The notes beneath the pieces were generated by a model. That model did not search any database. It saw only the letters and a list, made by a program, of their open reading frames with translations, and was not told the origin of the DNA. From NCBI RefSeq assembly GCF_009914755.1, contig NC_060925.1: a DNA stretch of 64,000 nt; one strand, 5' to 3'. Source of the stretch: the human T2T-CHM13v2.0 reference genome, Homo sapiens. Shown here piece by piece: positions 47,004 to 63,713 of the stretch. A program made the translations under genes and the position numbers. Numbering within the stretch: position 1 is the stretch's first letter; the number at the start of each line of letters is the position of its first letter.

Positions 47004-47660
47004 ACAGAAAAAAAAAACTGGTTTAGGCAGAAAGAGCTATATATACTATTATGGCTGTTTAAAAATCACATAACATTTCAGTGTTAGATTTTACATAAAC
47101 AAATAAAACCCTACACCACATCTGCCTTACAAGAGTAGAGTGGCAATAAATAACTACTGAAGAAATAGCCTATAAATACCTACTTAGAGAGGTGAGAGTC
47201 TAGAATGATGTAGCACAGTCTATTCAGGAAGCTGTATGATCAGAAAGTGTCTTCCATTTTTGGCAGAAAAATGACTAAGTTAGGTGCAGATTTGGAGAAC
47301 ACAGAGATTACGGTATTTACTAAACTTGGGGATAAAGATAAAACATTTAATTCATTGAAATCGATTTCACTGTGAACATTTGTCTCAAAGAAGTAAGACT
47401 AAAGGCATCTGGCTGTGGAAATTAACAGAATTTGAGATAATCTATCCTTTTTCTTTATTGTATTACCTGCTTTTGATTTTATTACCTGAGAAACTTATTT
47501 ACGGCTTATACTCCAGATTTTAGCTCTGCTCACTATTTCACAATCTTAATTTTATAAAAATAAAATTTTATTCTTTCTTAGTATCAATGCTTAGGTTTTG
47601 CACTAAAATCACCGTATCAGCAAGAAGTAGTAAATTGTGAGTCAGATTTGTGTACATATA

Positions 47661-47697
47661 TCGGAGTCCACAGTGCTAACCATTACACTATGGCTCA
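47661..47697 (-). pseudogene. Tailless retrocopy of the 5' half of tRNA-Gln
   Basis: Minus strand tgagccatagtgtaatggttagcactgtggactccga vs tRNA-Gln(CTG) 5' half ggttccatggtgtaatggttagcactctggactctga; flanked by direct repeats tgtacatata(tc) starting at 47651 and 47698. Confidence 0.85.
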
Positions 47698-48086
47698 TGT
47701 ACATATATCATATATATTGTTATCTGTATGTTTACACATACAAACATATGTAATTTTCTTAATAAATACCACTACTTCTATGTAGTATTTCTTCTGAAAA
47801 TATTAGCCATATAGAATACTAACCAGGTTGAAGTATATCCAATTAAGTATACAAAGTACTTCTTGGTCTTTTCTTTTTCCCACCTTGTCTTAGCCTTCCC
47901 ATAAACACTGCCATCTCTAAATCAAAAGGAGTTTGTATTCTGTTCAGAAACTTGCTAATCCAAACAATCTCTATTACCCCTCACCACATTCTCACCATAC
48001 ACACTATTTCTGTCTGGGGCTCAATAGTGAATTAACAGTGTTTCACTTCCAGTGGGAAGAGAAAAATCTAACAAGGAAACATAAAT

Positions 48087-49451
<1,365 letters not shown>

Positions 49452-50875
49452 CCTTACAGGATAGTATTTAGTCTAGTGAAATTTGCATGTCAAGCATAAT
49501 TTTAGGAAGCAATAAGCTTTCACTAAATATTACTTACTGCTAATAATAATGAAATTATAAATCATGAAATACAAATATATCCCTAATTTTATGTGATTAA
49601 TATGTCATAATGGCATGTCATTGTTAGCAGAATTGTCATTATTTGGCAATCATTTAACCCATGAGAGTCTTGGTTTGTCCTTTTATAATATGGGGAAAAT
49701 TACGTTTTCCTTAAAGGACTTGTATCAGGTGAAATAACCCATGAGAAATCTAAGTTTCATTAATTGATTTCATTCATTAAGCACTGACTGAGTGCCCATT
49801 ACGTACTAGGTACCACTTTAAGCACACGCTGAGTACAAGATTAGATGCTAAAGATACAAAGAGAAGACAGGCCTTTTCCCAAGGAGTTCACAGTCCAAGG
49901 AGCAGCTTTTAACCTGAAGGAGTTGTACAAATGCACGTATCACTGCCATCTCTTCACTCCCCTGTAAATTTCCTTTTCTGATTTTTCTAATTCTCCTTCC
50001 CCTTTTTTCTATTTTTTTATTTTTAGTTTCTTTAACCAACATTTCATCTTTGCTACCTGAATTTAGGCAAAAACCAAAAAATTAGTTACAAAAAAAAAAT
50101 GATGTGGACTCCTCTCTATCTATATATAAAGACTACAATAAATTTGCTACATCAATATATATTCACTAAAAATTATAGACATTCTAAAATTATTTTGTCA
50201 GTGAATATTTTCCCCTGAATTTCTGAAAATCAAGTATTAGGTTTGCTCATGTCATACTCTCCATGCCCTCAAGTCTGAAGAAGACAAAGATAACCTTTTT
50301 CTTGGCCTAGATTTCCCCCATCCCTATAACCATTTTAAATGTCAGCAATAATATTTCAACAATAACTGCCCACTCCTTTCTCATGTGCCCATTTGTATGA
50401 GGTTTAACATTAGGCTGAGCACTACCTGGCCTCCAGCTCATGACTAATACAAAAGATCTTCTAGATGATTCTGGAAACAGCTAAAAGAGGTCAACTAAAA
50501 TCAGAGAATGAAAGAATTAAAAATAGAGTAAAAAACTTGGTCAAGTTGCTAAAGCTCCAGTGTCAACTTACAAAAATAATAATCCTCAGTGAGATGTTCC
50601 TACAGCCAGTTATTCTGTCACGAACATTTTCATTTTTAGTAGTATAACTTTATTTAGTGACTTATTTTTCAGCAAGATTATATAATAACATTTAAAATTA
50701 TTTCTATAAATACTTTACTAGACTCAATTTTAAACATTTGCTCCTTTTTAAAGTTTGATTTTTACACATCTAGGAAAATACTTTTCCCAAAAGTACCCAT
50801 CTCCAACTTTATAATAAAAATCACAGGGTAAAAGTGTTTACTTAAAAGTAATCTACTTTTACAAGCCTGTGTGTT

Positions 50876-51228
50876 TGTATTAGCCCATTTTCATGCTGCT
50901 GATAAAGAAATACCTGAGACTGGGTAATTTATGCAGGAAGAAGAGTTTAATGGACTTACAGTTCCAAGTGGCTGGGGAGGCCTCATAATCATGGCGGAAG
51001 GTGAGGAAGAGCAAGTCATGTCTTACATGGATGGCAGCAGGCAAAAAAAGCTTCCGGAGGGAAACTCTCCTTTATAAAACCATCAGATCTCATGAGACTT
51101 ATTCACTCACATGAGAACAGCACAGGAAAGACCTGCCCTCATGATTCAATTACCTCCCACCAGGTCACTCCCACAACATGTGGGAATTCAAGATGAGATT
51201 TGGGTGGGGACACAGCCAAACTATATCA
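50876..51228 (-). mobile_element. THE1B-like MaLR solo LTR
   Basis: tgtattag...catgctgctgataaaga...gagatttgggtggggacacagccaaactatatca; 5-bp TSD gtgtt at 50871-50875 and 51229-51233. Confidence 0.93.
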
Positions 51229-52861
51229 GTGTTCTTCTGACCAAAGTTATAAGAAACTTATTTTTTAAAGATCAAGCATTAAATATGGCATTGTTCTTCT
51301 TCACCATATCTAACTTTTTTCCTGGGTAGGCTATTATGTTCATGAATATCCCCACAAGATCCCAAAATAGGAAAACTCTTTCATGAAATAAATGTCAGGG
51401 CCACCTCTGTGCAAGAACAGTGCATCATGATTCACCATCAACACATCGGTTCTGTAAAGAAAGACCCCTGGCATGTGAAGGTAAGTAGCACCAAACCAGT
51501 CAAAGCACACACAGAATACTGATTGGGGCTGCAACAATCAATGACTACCAATGTCATCCCTCAAAAGCATCCTTGTAAATAGTTAAATTATTTCCTATAG
51601 TTGACTGTAAATGGACACTGTTTACTCGGGCAAGAATTTTCATTAAAGCTCATATTCCAAATAATGGTATATGTTTATTAATTTAAATTTTCACACAGAT
51701 CACTTTGAGAAAAGATTTCATGTAGTAGATCTCACTGCAGAGAGCAAATTTTAAAGCTAGATAAAAATGCAATTTTCACTACTCAAAGAAGAAAAGGTAG
51801 AAGTAAAACAAGGCAGAAATTTAAACTGGCATCAACTCATTAAGTAAAATGTCTTCCTATTAGGACAGGTGTCTTCCTGACTACGGCAAGTTTCAGTATA
51901 AGTTCTCAGACATCACAATTAAAACAAGCTGAACTCTCATAATAAGGAAAGTGATATAAATCTCATTAGACAAGAAATTTCATTATGATGAAATTAAGTG
52001 TTTAGAAAAACAAAATGATTCCTAAATCTTGGCAGGCAGCTCCCAAAAAGAAAAAGATAAAGAGACAATATGGTTACATTACTCTCTCTATAATTAAAGA
52101 CAATAAATGCTTTCCTAATAATTCTTAACTTTTAAAAACGGCAGATATAAATATTATAGGGTGTTACCTGCAAACTGTAGAACAGTGACTGAAAGACAAA
52201 TTTCAAACTGTTTGCTCACTATATGATGCAATTATCAAATGTACTTCCCCAAACATTTCCCCCATAGAAGTACCCCTAATGACAGAGGAGAATAAATGCA
52301 CATTCCTGGTGTTCTGGTTGCCTGAAGTGGCCCAGTCTACCACACAGCTAGAATTTCTTTATCATATGTAAATTCTGCTTTCTATTCTATCAGGCAGTCA
52401 TGTTTGCTTTAACACAAAAGGTGCTATAAATTGTTTACAACAGATCTCAGCCCCTCTCACCTCCACTGCCAAAGCCTCCCATGAAGTCTGTTGCCCACCC
52501 AAATGCTTAATGAGAGAAGCTGGGGGAATGAGGAGAAATCAAGAGGAAGGGACTGAGTTTCTTGTCCAAGTCAGTTTGGGACGAAGAGGAAAAAAAAAAG
52601 AGCTATGGGAAGCAGGAGCAGGAACACAGGGCTGCAATGATCATGAGAACTTAAGCCCCAAGGCTTCAGAAACTTGTTGGAGAAGGAATCGGACTCTCAC
52701 CCATGGGACGTGAGTGGGGAACAAAAATCAATATTATTTCCTCAAAGGTGTAGAAAACCATGGCTAACATTTGTATTCCACTTACATTGTACTTATAATG
52801 GTACTTTTTCACATTGCTTGTCATCTGCTGTTATAAAAATAATGCAGGAATCTGAAAAATA

Positions 52862-53060
52862 ATAATTAGTAGAACTAACACTTACAAAGGTCTTACTCTG
52901 TCAGACACTATCCTAAGCAATCTTATCCAGTTCTCACAGCTACCCCCATTTTACAGATGAGGAAACAGAGGTAGAGAGATGTTAAATAGTTGCCCAATGT
53001 CATACAGCCAATAGTTAGAGGAGGTAGGATTCAAACTGAGGCAGCCTGGCTTCACAGTTA
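52862..53060 (-). mobile_element. MIR SINE
   Basis: Core 'ccccattttacagatgaggaaacagaggtagagagatgttaaatagttgccca'. Confidence 0.82.
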
Positions 53061-54689
53061 CTAAACTATGAAGTTACTAAACACCTCACTATGCCTTTAG
53101 ACTACCCAGTGACACAGGAAAGAAAAACTGGTATTATTGGCCACGTCACTGATTTCTGTACACTTGTAAAAGACTTACAATAAATAATAGAGTAGCATTT
53201 TTATTAAATAGTAATCCCACCCCAATCATGTGTCCTTGCTCAAAAATGAATTAGTTATAAATTTTGCATATTTTTACACAACTGTGAAATTTTATACTTA
53301 ATAAACATTAATCACATAGCAATATGAAAATTCTTTATTGTTACTATGCATACTGAACTCACAGGAAATTACCCCTGAAACAATTCAGCAGTAACACCAG
53401 GAAACTGCTGCTACACAGAAAGTGCTCAATGAAGTGGCACCAGAAATGTGGCCCAGCGGGGATCCATTTTCAGCTTGGACTTCTTGCAGGAAGTAACTCT
53501 CCGTGCCAGAGGTGCTGCCACACACTTTCTCCCATGGCCACAAGCACCTGCAGGATTCTAATTCCATCAGAACAACACAGATACATAATGTTCAATTTAG
53601 GCAGCCAGAGCACTGCAGAACCATGGAGCCATTTCTGTAACTTACTGGTTGGCAACCTGCATTTGGCAGAACATACTGGACATATATCAAATGTTAAAAA
53701 GAAATCAATTGATAAAGCTCTCCACTTAGAGACACAGACTTACTTTGAGCAAGTCCTTAAGAAAAGCAAGTGGAGTGCCTCTCCCCATCCCCACCCCACC
53801 CAAGAGCTATCAATCTTCCAATCAGGATCATCACTGTCCTCTTTCATCAAATTAATCGCACAGCAGCCATTATTACCAACTTGATATCTAAAATGCCACG
53901 TACATTCTCTGTATTTATTGTACTGTTATTATTGTTCTGTGTTAGTGACTTTAACTACAAAAAACTTATATAAAGACTTTAAGGTATTTACTCACAAATT
54001 TGCTCTCCTGCATCTATGTTTACTAGAAAGTCCTTTAGTTCCTCAAACACAAAACCTCCTGCCACAATAAATCTAATCGCAACCCAAGCCTCATGTACTA
54101 AGATCAAGATCAGCAGAGGTTGGAGGTGTGTGATTCTATATGGTTGTTGTAATTTTATATTTAAAAAGACTGGCAATTTTGTTATTAATCAGGGATATAA
54201 TCTGTATTAAAAAAATGGCTACAGGAATGTCATGTTCCGTTCCATTTATACCACTTTTCAGACTTAAACTGTTTTTGTTATGTATTAGAGGGGAAATATG
54301 AAACATTTGCCAGTTAGTTTACAATGGATCACATGTGGGACTAAAGAGTTTGACTCCAATCATTGATCAGATCTTCAAAAAAAGCCCCTCTCCAGAAATA
54401 GACAGGAAAATAAATCTATTCTGTACAAGACACTGCACAGCACTCAACAGATAGAAGGGTGAGAAAAACAGACTTTCACCCAAAGAAATCCACAGTCCAC
54501 AATAAGGTTTAAACAGTACCCAGATGGCAACACAAGGAGCCGGAGCAGCACTGACACCTGCCATAAGTGCTAAAGACCCAAAGTAACTGCCACTGTCCTG
54601 AGAATTCCCAAGGGAGGAGGTTTGGCTTGGCCTTGCATCTCTGTTGCCTAGAGACACAGCAGTAAATATATATTGAACAACTAAATTAA

Positions 54690-54771
54690 TAAATGCCTTT
54701 GACTACTACATACATATGCCTACTACTACTTTCATATGTAGGCATATGTATGTAGTAGTCAAAGGCATTTA
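54690..54771. repeat. Perfect 34-bp inverted repeat with 14-nt spacer
   Basis: taaatgcctttgactactacatacatatgcctac (54690-54723) / gtaggcatatgtatgtagtagtcaaaggcattta (54738-54771). Confidence 0.98.
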
Positions 54772-57700
54772 CATACTTCATACAAAAAGACCACTGTGTC
54801 TTAAAAGATCAGCTTTTCTCTACAGAGAAAACCATGAGAATTGAAAAAGTAGAGGGAGAAAGAGAGAAAAGACAAGAAGAGGTGAGTATCAGGAGCAACA
54901 GGGGAGGGAACAGGAGCAACCAGGACCCAGAAAGGGCATATGGAAAGCTGAGAATGCCACGAGGGAAGGAAAAGGAGGAAGTGAGGCAGGAAAGGAGCTA
55001 CCCACACAGCACCAGGGTCGCAGTTTAGTCAAGAAGGCTTTAGCCTCCTCTGGGACTTCTAGTTACACTATTTGGCGTCCTGCACCACCTCAGGTGCATT
55101 CACCCTGCCCATGACACCACGGTAACTCAGTAAGTGCATAAACCATAGACTGCAGTTCCTCAGAACCGCTTATCTGAGACAGCATGCTGGTACTTCCTGA
55201 ATGGCAGCCTGGCATTCTGAGATTATACTCTTCCTTCATGTATGGTGCTAGAATCGGTCCTCTCCTTTATGAAATGAAAGGGATAGTACACATTAAGACA
55301 TATTTTATGAAATTTTATTGCTGTACCTTACTTTCTAAAATCCCCTCTTGCTCTTTTCCCTACACTGTTCAATAAAACCCAAAGTCTCATAACCACTAGA
55401 GTGTGCCACATCTTAAAAGATTTTTTATGAAAAGCTAAAAAGTTTAAAATATGAGTATGAAAACCCTTACCTAACTTGAAAACTATTAGGTAAAATGTTT
55501 TGTTCTCCAGAGATTTTAGATAAAAATAGGTTTTATTACTCCTTTGGGCAAAGAATGTCATTATTAAATTAAAAAAAAAAGGAAGCAGATCAAAACTCAG
55601 CACCTGTTCTATGACCTCATTTTGGAAAATATGGGGGAACGAGTATCATCACGTGAATACATATATATAATGCATGTATACATGTAGGGAATTACACACA
55701 ACAAATTTAACAATGGTTATTTCTGGGTAGTGAGAGTTCCTCTTATTTCTGCTCTCTTCATAAGTAGAAATTACTTTTATAAATAGAAGAATTCTACAAA
55801 TATGAAAAATAAATGTTTTTACTTTGAAAAATAAATGTGAGAAAAAATAACATGAAAAAATATTTGTTATCAACTCCATGAAGAAACAGCAAGTTTCCAC
55901 CACAGCCAGTGGCCTTCTGAGTGAAGCATGGTTTTCTGCCCTACATACCAAGCCTTTAGACAAGGATCTCTTTATAAGTGCTCTGTTACTTAATACATCC
56001 ATTTACATTATTACCATAAAGATGACTTTTCCAAAATAAAGCTTTCAATCTCTAGGGTCCCTGCAGGGTAATAGGAAGCATTCAGCAGATTACTGTTACT
56101 GTAATATGTTTTATTACACTTAATGACACAGATACTTCACAGTACTGGGATTTTTGTAGGTATTTAAAAATGTATCTCCTATAAAAATATATCTACTGAA
56201 AACACATATCCCATAAAATATGTAAGTAAAATATTCATGCAACAGATTATATACTATACATGAACATAAAAAACAAAACATCTTTTAAACTATTCTAAGC
56301 AATGTAGTTCCATTTAAAAACAAAGTATTTTAAGTAATGGGAAGGTTCTTCATTCTAAAAAAATAATAATGTCTCAGTCTAAGAAAGGGATACACTCAGT
56401 CCATTTGTCAACAAATACCCTCTGAGTACTAAGGATGTAGAGATGAACTAGATGCAATGCCTTCTCTCCAAAAGCTTACTATACATCAGAAAAACAAACA
56501 AATGAGTTCAATAAATGGTTCAAGTATATGATGAAGATGATGAAAGTATGTATGTGGTTCTGAGAGGGCACAAAGAATAAAAATGGTTGTCCTACCTACA
56601 AGGGTGGGGGCAGAAAAGTTTCCTAGATGACTTTTTTCACAATGCAGTTATTATTTCCTAAAAATAAATTATGAAAGTATCTATTTCTTTTACTAAGCAT
56701 CTAGAAATATAGAAGAGAGTGTCAAGGGCACAGTCATAGAGATATATTAATAAAAAAATGTCTGGGCTGAGCCAACAGCGGTAAGCGGCCATCCAATCAT
56801 CTCATTCACTGCATGTCATTTTTGAGCACTTATTAGGTTCTGCGCAAGGTGCTGAATAAGATGTGGTCCCTCATGTTCAACGACCTTACAGCCCACTAGC
56901 AAAGAGAAGCAGGAATAAATAATACAATTTGATACGTGCTATAATGGGATGCATTGTGAAGGGCTACAAAGGCACAGATGATGGCACAGTTAACTACACA
57001 TTGAGGGAAGGTTTAAGAAACAAGGAGCCAGCCACATGTGAGCTCCGTAGGACAGGAAAGAGAATGAATTCATTGGAATTTTCTAAGGCAGAATGATGTA
57101 TCAAGGCTGAGTGAAGTCCTTTGCAGTGTTACTTCATCTAATCTTCAGGATTATTTTATGAAATAGGTATTGTTCCCATTCCCGCCTGGGTATTGTTCTA
57201 GGTGAGGTACGTGTGGTTAGAGAATGAAGTAACATGCCTAAAGCCAAACTAATAATAACTGGTGAATTAGGTTTTGAAAGCAGATCAGAAGTCTTACTTG
57301 GCTGCCTCTGCTTTTCCCAGAACAGATAAGCAATAAACATAAGGCTTACTTTGATCTGTATCTTAGCTGGGTGGCTCTTTAGTTTCCTGAAACCTGACCC
57401 CTTCAAGAATCTCCTTAGGTCTTTCAACTATTCTTTCTCCATAAAATTCCTTTTTTTATATTCATACACTTTCAGCATACTTAATATATATCAGCAGGCA
57501 TTTGTAGCTCACTAAAATTATCTCTTCTTCTTCACTTTTCAAGGAACTCAATCCTGCACTAAACACATTACAAAGTAAAGCTCAAGGCTCAAGGTGTGAT
57601 ATTTTCCATAATTTGAAACAGTTACACATGGATAGAAATACATTTGCTACATAGACTACAAGCTTCGACACTTAGGAAACCTACTGAAAATTAACAGGAT

Positions 57701-58729
57701 ATGAGAAGTGAAAACGTGGTACAGTGTAGCCGCAAAGTATATCCATAGTATACTTTGTAGCCACACGTCAGGAGGAAGTTACCTTTATGCACCCCTTACC
57801 ACTGCATGCAAATTTGATATTTTCTCTACATGCTTTTGGAAAATGTGCTAATAACTAAATCATCAACACAGTACTTGCAAATTGTTTTTAGGCCTTCAAC
57901 TCTTAACAGGGAGAACATGAGAAGTTTCTCTTCCACGTGCAAAGTGAAATGTTACACCTTATAAAGTCTAGACTTTGAGAAGGCCATACCATATCAGACC
58001 CATATTCAATCCACTAAATCTGCTGTCAAGATCATTGTAAACCATGAGAGCATGTTGATAAGTGCAGTCCATTTACAGAGGGATCACTGCCTGTAAACCA
58101 CAACTGAAGCATGCTAAAATAAGCAGTGTGATTGATACTGTATTTTTGTAAATGGTCCTATAAATGATCTTCTGAAATAGCTATCCTCACCAGGACATGG
58201 AGAAGATATGCTCAGTTAACCGAGGTTACTGCATCACAATAGGGACTTTGTGGTCTCTGAACTTAACAGACATATCTTATACAAAACTATTTGTGGTAGT
58301 GGTGGTAGTGGTGCATAATTTTCAATTATACAAGAAAATAGTGTCCACAAGTTATTTTTTTACTCACTCAGTCTTCAGTTGTTAATGAATGCATTTCCTT
58401 ACCTTGTATATTTTACGTAAATAAGATTTTTATAAAGAGACTCAGTAATAACTGTGTCACCCACTTCCACATAAAATCAAACAATTGGCAATAAGATATG
58501 CCAGACTGTACTTACTAAAGATTACTGGACTGTAAATATAAATCGGACCACCATGGAAAGATATGGCTATAAATGCTGACAGTATAGCAAGGGAAAAATA
58601 ATTTACACCAGCTGGGGAGCTGCTATGTCCCAGGTATTGTAGCTGACAATTTACCTATGTGATTAAAAAGCACTAGGAAGCAAATAATTTCTGGCCTGTG
58701 TCCCATAACCTACTAGTTTAAGATTATTG

Positions 58730-59635
<906 letters not shown>

Positions 59636-62094
59636 CTAAAGATGAATTCTAACTTTCCAAGCTAAAGGACAGGAGGCTAGACCAAGGGTCTCTACAGACT
59701 TTGCCTAGTTTTCTGTGCTAAGTTTCTAAAGTGATTAAAAGGCCATCTGTGATTGAATGTACAATATCTTTTTACATTATCAGTGTAACAGATGGAGATG
59801 TAATTGTTTCAATTTTTTTTAATCTTACATTGACTTTATTCATCTTCCATTCTGTGTCATTTGTCTACATATGATGATTGCTTTGTAAGCAATTATATAA
59901 TGTTTCACATTCTGGAAGAATAACGCATCTATTTTTGGTACCATCCCCTGTTTTCTGCCCTTTCACTATTGCCATGCACCTAAGTACCGCTAGATAGTCT
60001 TATGTAGGAGTTTTTTAGGTAATTTTCTCCATAATATGCATTTATTCTTTACATTGATTTATGATTTTGTTTTGTTCTTTTACGTATTTTAGAATAACCT
60101 GAGGTCCTACATGTTTAAACCTTTAAGAAAATATTTATGAAGTTATACAAAGTATGACACCTGCCATGAGGATATAAATCATATCTATGTATCAACAAGA
60201 GAGGGGAAGGAGAGCGAAGGCCAGTAGGATACAAATAAAATTAAAGAATTAAAAAAAAAGCTTACAGACTTATTTGTGCAGTCTCTTGATATAAGGCAAC
60301 TCATTTATCTATATCCATACCCGTATTTGCCATAACACATAGAGAACCTAATAATTTCCCAGCCATGGATACTGATGTTATTATACCAAAGGATGAATCC
60401 CAATGGCTAACATTGCTGGATTATTAAACCAGGTTTTCGTTAAACCATAAAGGCAGAATTGAAATGAGATAATCTGCTAGTGTGAAAGAAATAATTTTAA
60501 GGACTAGGAAGGGCTTGAAATGTATCTCCAGCCTTCTCAACAAAGTCAGGTGACACAAAAAGAAAAGAAAAAAATCGAAGTTAAGACATGGGAATGTGCT
60601 ATAGAGAAAAAATGAGGTAGCAGGATATTTAATTTTTTAAAAAAATCTGAGCAGTTGGTTCATAAGAAAAAAGCACCTTAAAACTTTCAGAAGAAAACCA
60701 GCACCTCCAAAAAGGATTCAGAGAGCAGGAAGCTTCTGCAGCTGTAACAAACATTTGATCCAAGTAGACCAAATAATCTTTGAAGTAATGAATGTAAAAC
60801 ACAGCTATAAAAAATATCATATTTGCCAGAAATGCGCTACTCAATCCCAGACTTCCTAGGCATCCCCAAATGTGACCTCTGAGGGTACAAGCAGAAAGTA
60901 GAATGGAATATGAGGGCTGTGGCAGCAGAGAGACCTGCATTTGACCTCCAACTCTATCATTCATAAGCTGCAAGATGCCAGATAAATGATAAAATCTCTC
61001 TAACTTCAGGTAGAAATGATAAGAATACCATTCTCAAAGTGTGGCAAAGACAGTAATAAGGGCATTCACCTAAGATACTCACTACAGAAGCTGAGTATGC
61101 ATCTTTATCCCCACTGCAGGATTTTCACTAAAAACTAACAAAACTGAGTCCTCCCCTTTATATTTGTTGAAAAACTCCATCTACCAGAAATTCCTATCTT
61201 AACATTCCCCAGCCATCTTAAATTAAGCATGGCTAAAACTAAATTTATATTTTCTGAGAACTGACACCTCCATTTGTGTAAATAAATTAATCTGCCTCAC
61301 CTCCCACACTTATGGCCTTGAAGTCATTCTTGACCCCTTGTTCTCTTGGTCACACCCAATCCATCAGCAGCTCCTCTCAACCCTCTGCCGCCTGCCTCAT
61401 ACTACTCCTTTGCCTACCACTCCCATGCCCTCATCGATCTGCAGCTGGATACTCTAACACTTGGTCTCTCTGTCCTTGGCTTCTTCCTGGCTAACCTATC
61501 CTACCCATTACCTGTTCTATAACTTTCCACCTTACGTGCTCCATCATTTCCTCTTCCTCCTCCATCAAACATCAGTTCCCAAAAGAGCTTGTGGAATTGC
61601 CTCCACTCAGGGCCACTACGTAGACACTGGCCAAATGACCCTTTGGTATCAATCAGAAAAGGCACCCTTCCTTCCTTCCTCAATTGAGTTAAAATGCTGA
61701 TTTTGTTAAAGAATGCCATGTTACTGCTAGATGCCAAGCTGTCACTCTAGATAAATGTATACGTATGATGTGACTGAATGATGTCCAGCAGGCGGGTACC
61801 AAACATGAACAGTCTTACATAAGAATGATGTCTTCATTTCCTTGGTTCTTTTCTAGTATGCATCTCACCATCTACATTATCCAACTGAAACAAAAATCAC
61901 CAACGACCTCTCAACTGCCAAATCTGATGACTGAATTTTTTTATTTCTTTTCTTATTTGACTGCTCCATGTTTCTGCACTGTGGTCACTGTCTTTTTCCA
62001 CAGTCTTCAGATAATATTTTCTCCTGCATTTATTTCTGCCCCCAACCACTGTGTAACAGTTTTGCCTCCTGCCCTTTCTGTTCTATAAATGTTA

Positions 62095-62552
62095 CTCAAC
62101 TTCATTCATGCACACCTTTATTCATTCAGCAAATATCTGAGTACCTACTACATAGCAAGGTGATATTCTAGGCACTTGGGATATAGATCAGTAAACTAAA
62201 AATGCATAGAAGAAAAATTTCTCTACCATCATGAGACTTTCTCTTTTGGGGTAAGAGGGTGGAGAGAGAGGCACACAATAATGAACTTATTAATTACATG
62301 TAATTATCATTATATTCAATATTGATAAATGCTATAGCATGGTTATATGCAGGTGAGGGAAATAGTTATTTTAAATAGGGTACACTAGTTAAGTTTCATC
62401 ATGAAGGTGACATTTAAGCAAATGCTTGAAGTAAATAGGAAATATCTGAGGGATAAGCATTCCAGATAGAAGAACAACCCAGTGCAAAGCCTTAAGGAAG
62501 AAATCTTCCTCGGATAATCAAGGAATATCAAGGAGCCAAGGTGGCTTGAGAA
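62095..62552 (-). mobile_element. L2 3' fragment
   Basis: 'ttcattcagcaaatatctgagtacctacta...tattctaggcacttgggatata...gaaggtgacatttaagcaaa...agcattccagatagaagaaca'. Confidence 0.8.
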
Positions 62553-63713
62553 GTCAGATTATCTATCCGAAACTGTTATAAAATGTATACAAGTCTATGG
62601 CATCTGGCAAGAATGAGAACATTTCCATATTTTATACAGGACCTTTGTGTATTGCACAACCTGATAAGTCAGCCTTACCTAGAATTCCTGCTCCTCCATA
62701 CTTGCCTTAGGTTGCCCTTCACTTCATACAACACTTTCTCAAGGAAGATTTCCCATCCCAAATCATGGCCATCATCAAATTCTCTAAACTCCTGTTTGCA
62801 CATGGTTAAAGACTGGTATATGCGACCATATATTTACATGTATTTGTTCTTTCTAGCTATGTGTCTTCCTTGTATATCTGACCAAATTGGAAATCTCTCT
62901 AGAGCCATAATGCTTCCCCAGTGCCTGTCAACATGCCCTATACATAGTAGACCCATGGTAACTGTTCATGGAAGCCACTGCTAAAGACCTCTGACATCTT
63001 AAAAAAAAAATCTAGAATACTTTTTATGAATGAAACTTTACATTGCTGCCCAGATTGCAAACCTCTGAGCCAATATTCCACAAAGACATGGGAAATACTT
63101 TAAAAGGCATTATTTATATAGCACATTGATTTTTTCAGTTGATTCAATTTTATTGATTTTAGGAAATAATTTAATCATCTGTATTTCATTTCAGATAATT
63201 AAGTTTTGCTGCTGGCTTCAATATTGCTTTCTAAGACATAGAATATTTTATCTTCCTAATAAAACTAAGCCATTTCTAAAAGAAAAAAGTATTCTATTCT
63301 AGTTAGAAAATGTTAAAGATACATGTAATAATCAAAAAACTAACAAATAAATTCAAAGTCAAGCAGGACTGCCCATGTAAACACTAGATAAAAGCTGGTA
63401 TTTGTAGAATTGCTTTCAACACAAGTGAAGAGTCTATTAAATAAGGTCAGAAGCAAAGGGCACCACCAGAATGTTGAGATTACCAAGGAACTGTGCCTAT
63501 ATTGTAAAAGAAAAATCTCCTAAATTTAAAGTTGCTCATCATTTTCCAATTACCTAAGGTCTTCCTGCCAGTGATGAAATCCTTATTACTGGCAGATCCA
63601 CTGATGAGCCCCCAAGGAGGAGATCTTCCAGCATTCCCTGTTTATCACAGCCACTTACAGAAATGCAGAAGGCTTGTAACTGTAGCCAGAAGCCACAACC
63701 CTAAGCCAAGGCT

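Larger units (their letters stand above)
46390..47447 (+). repeat. Left arm of a ~1.05 kb inverted duplication
   Basis: Collinear reverse-complement match to 48087-49451, e.g. 46768-46866 vs 48678-48776 (93/99 identical by eye). Confidence 0.95.

Noticed and set aside
47661-47697. Functional tRNA gene
   Set aside because: Only the 5' half is present; no B box, T arm or 3' acceptor strand.
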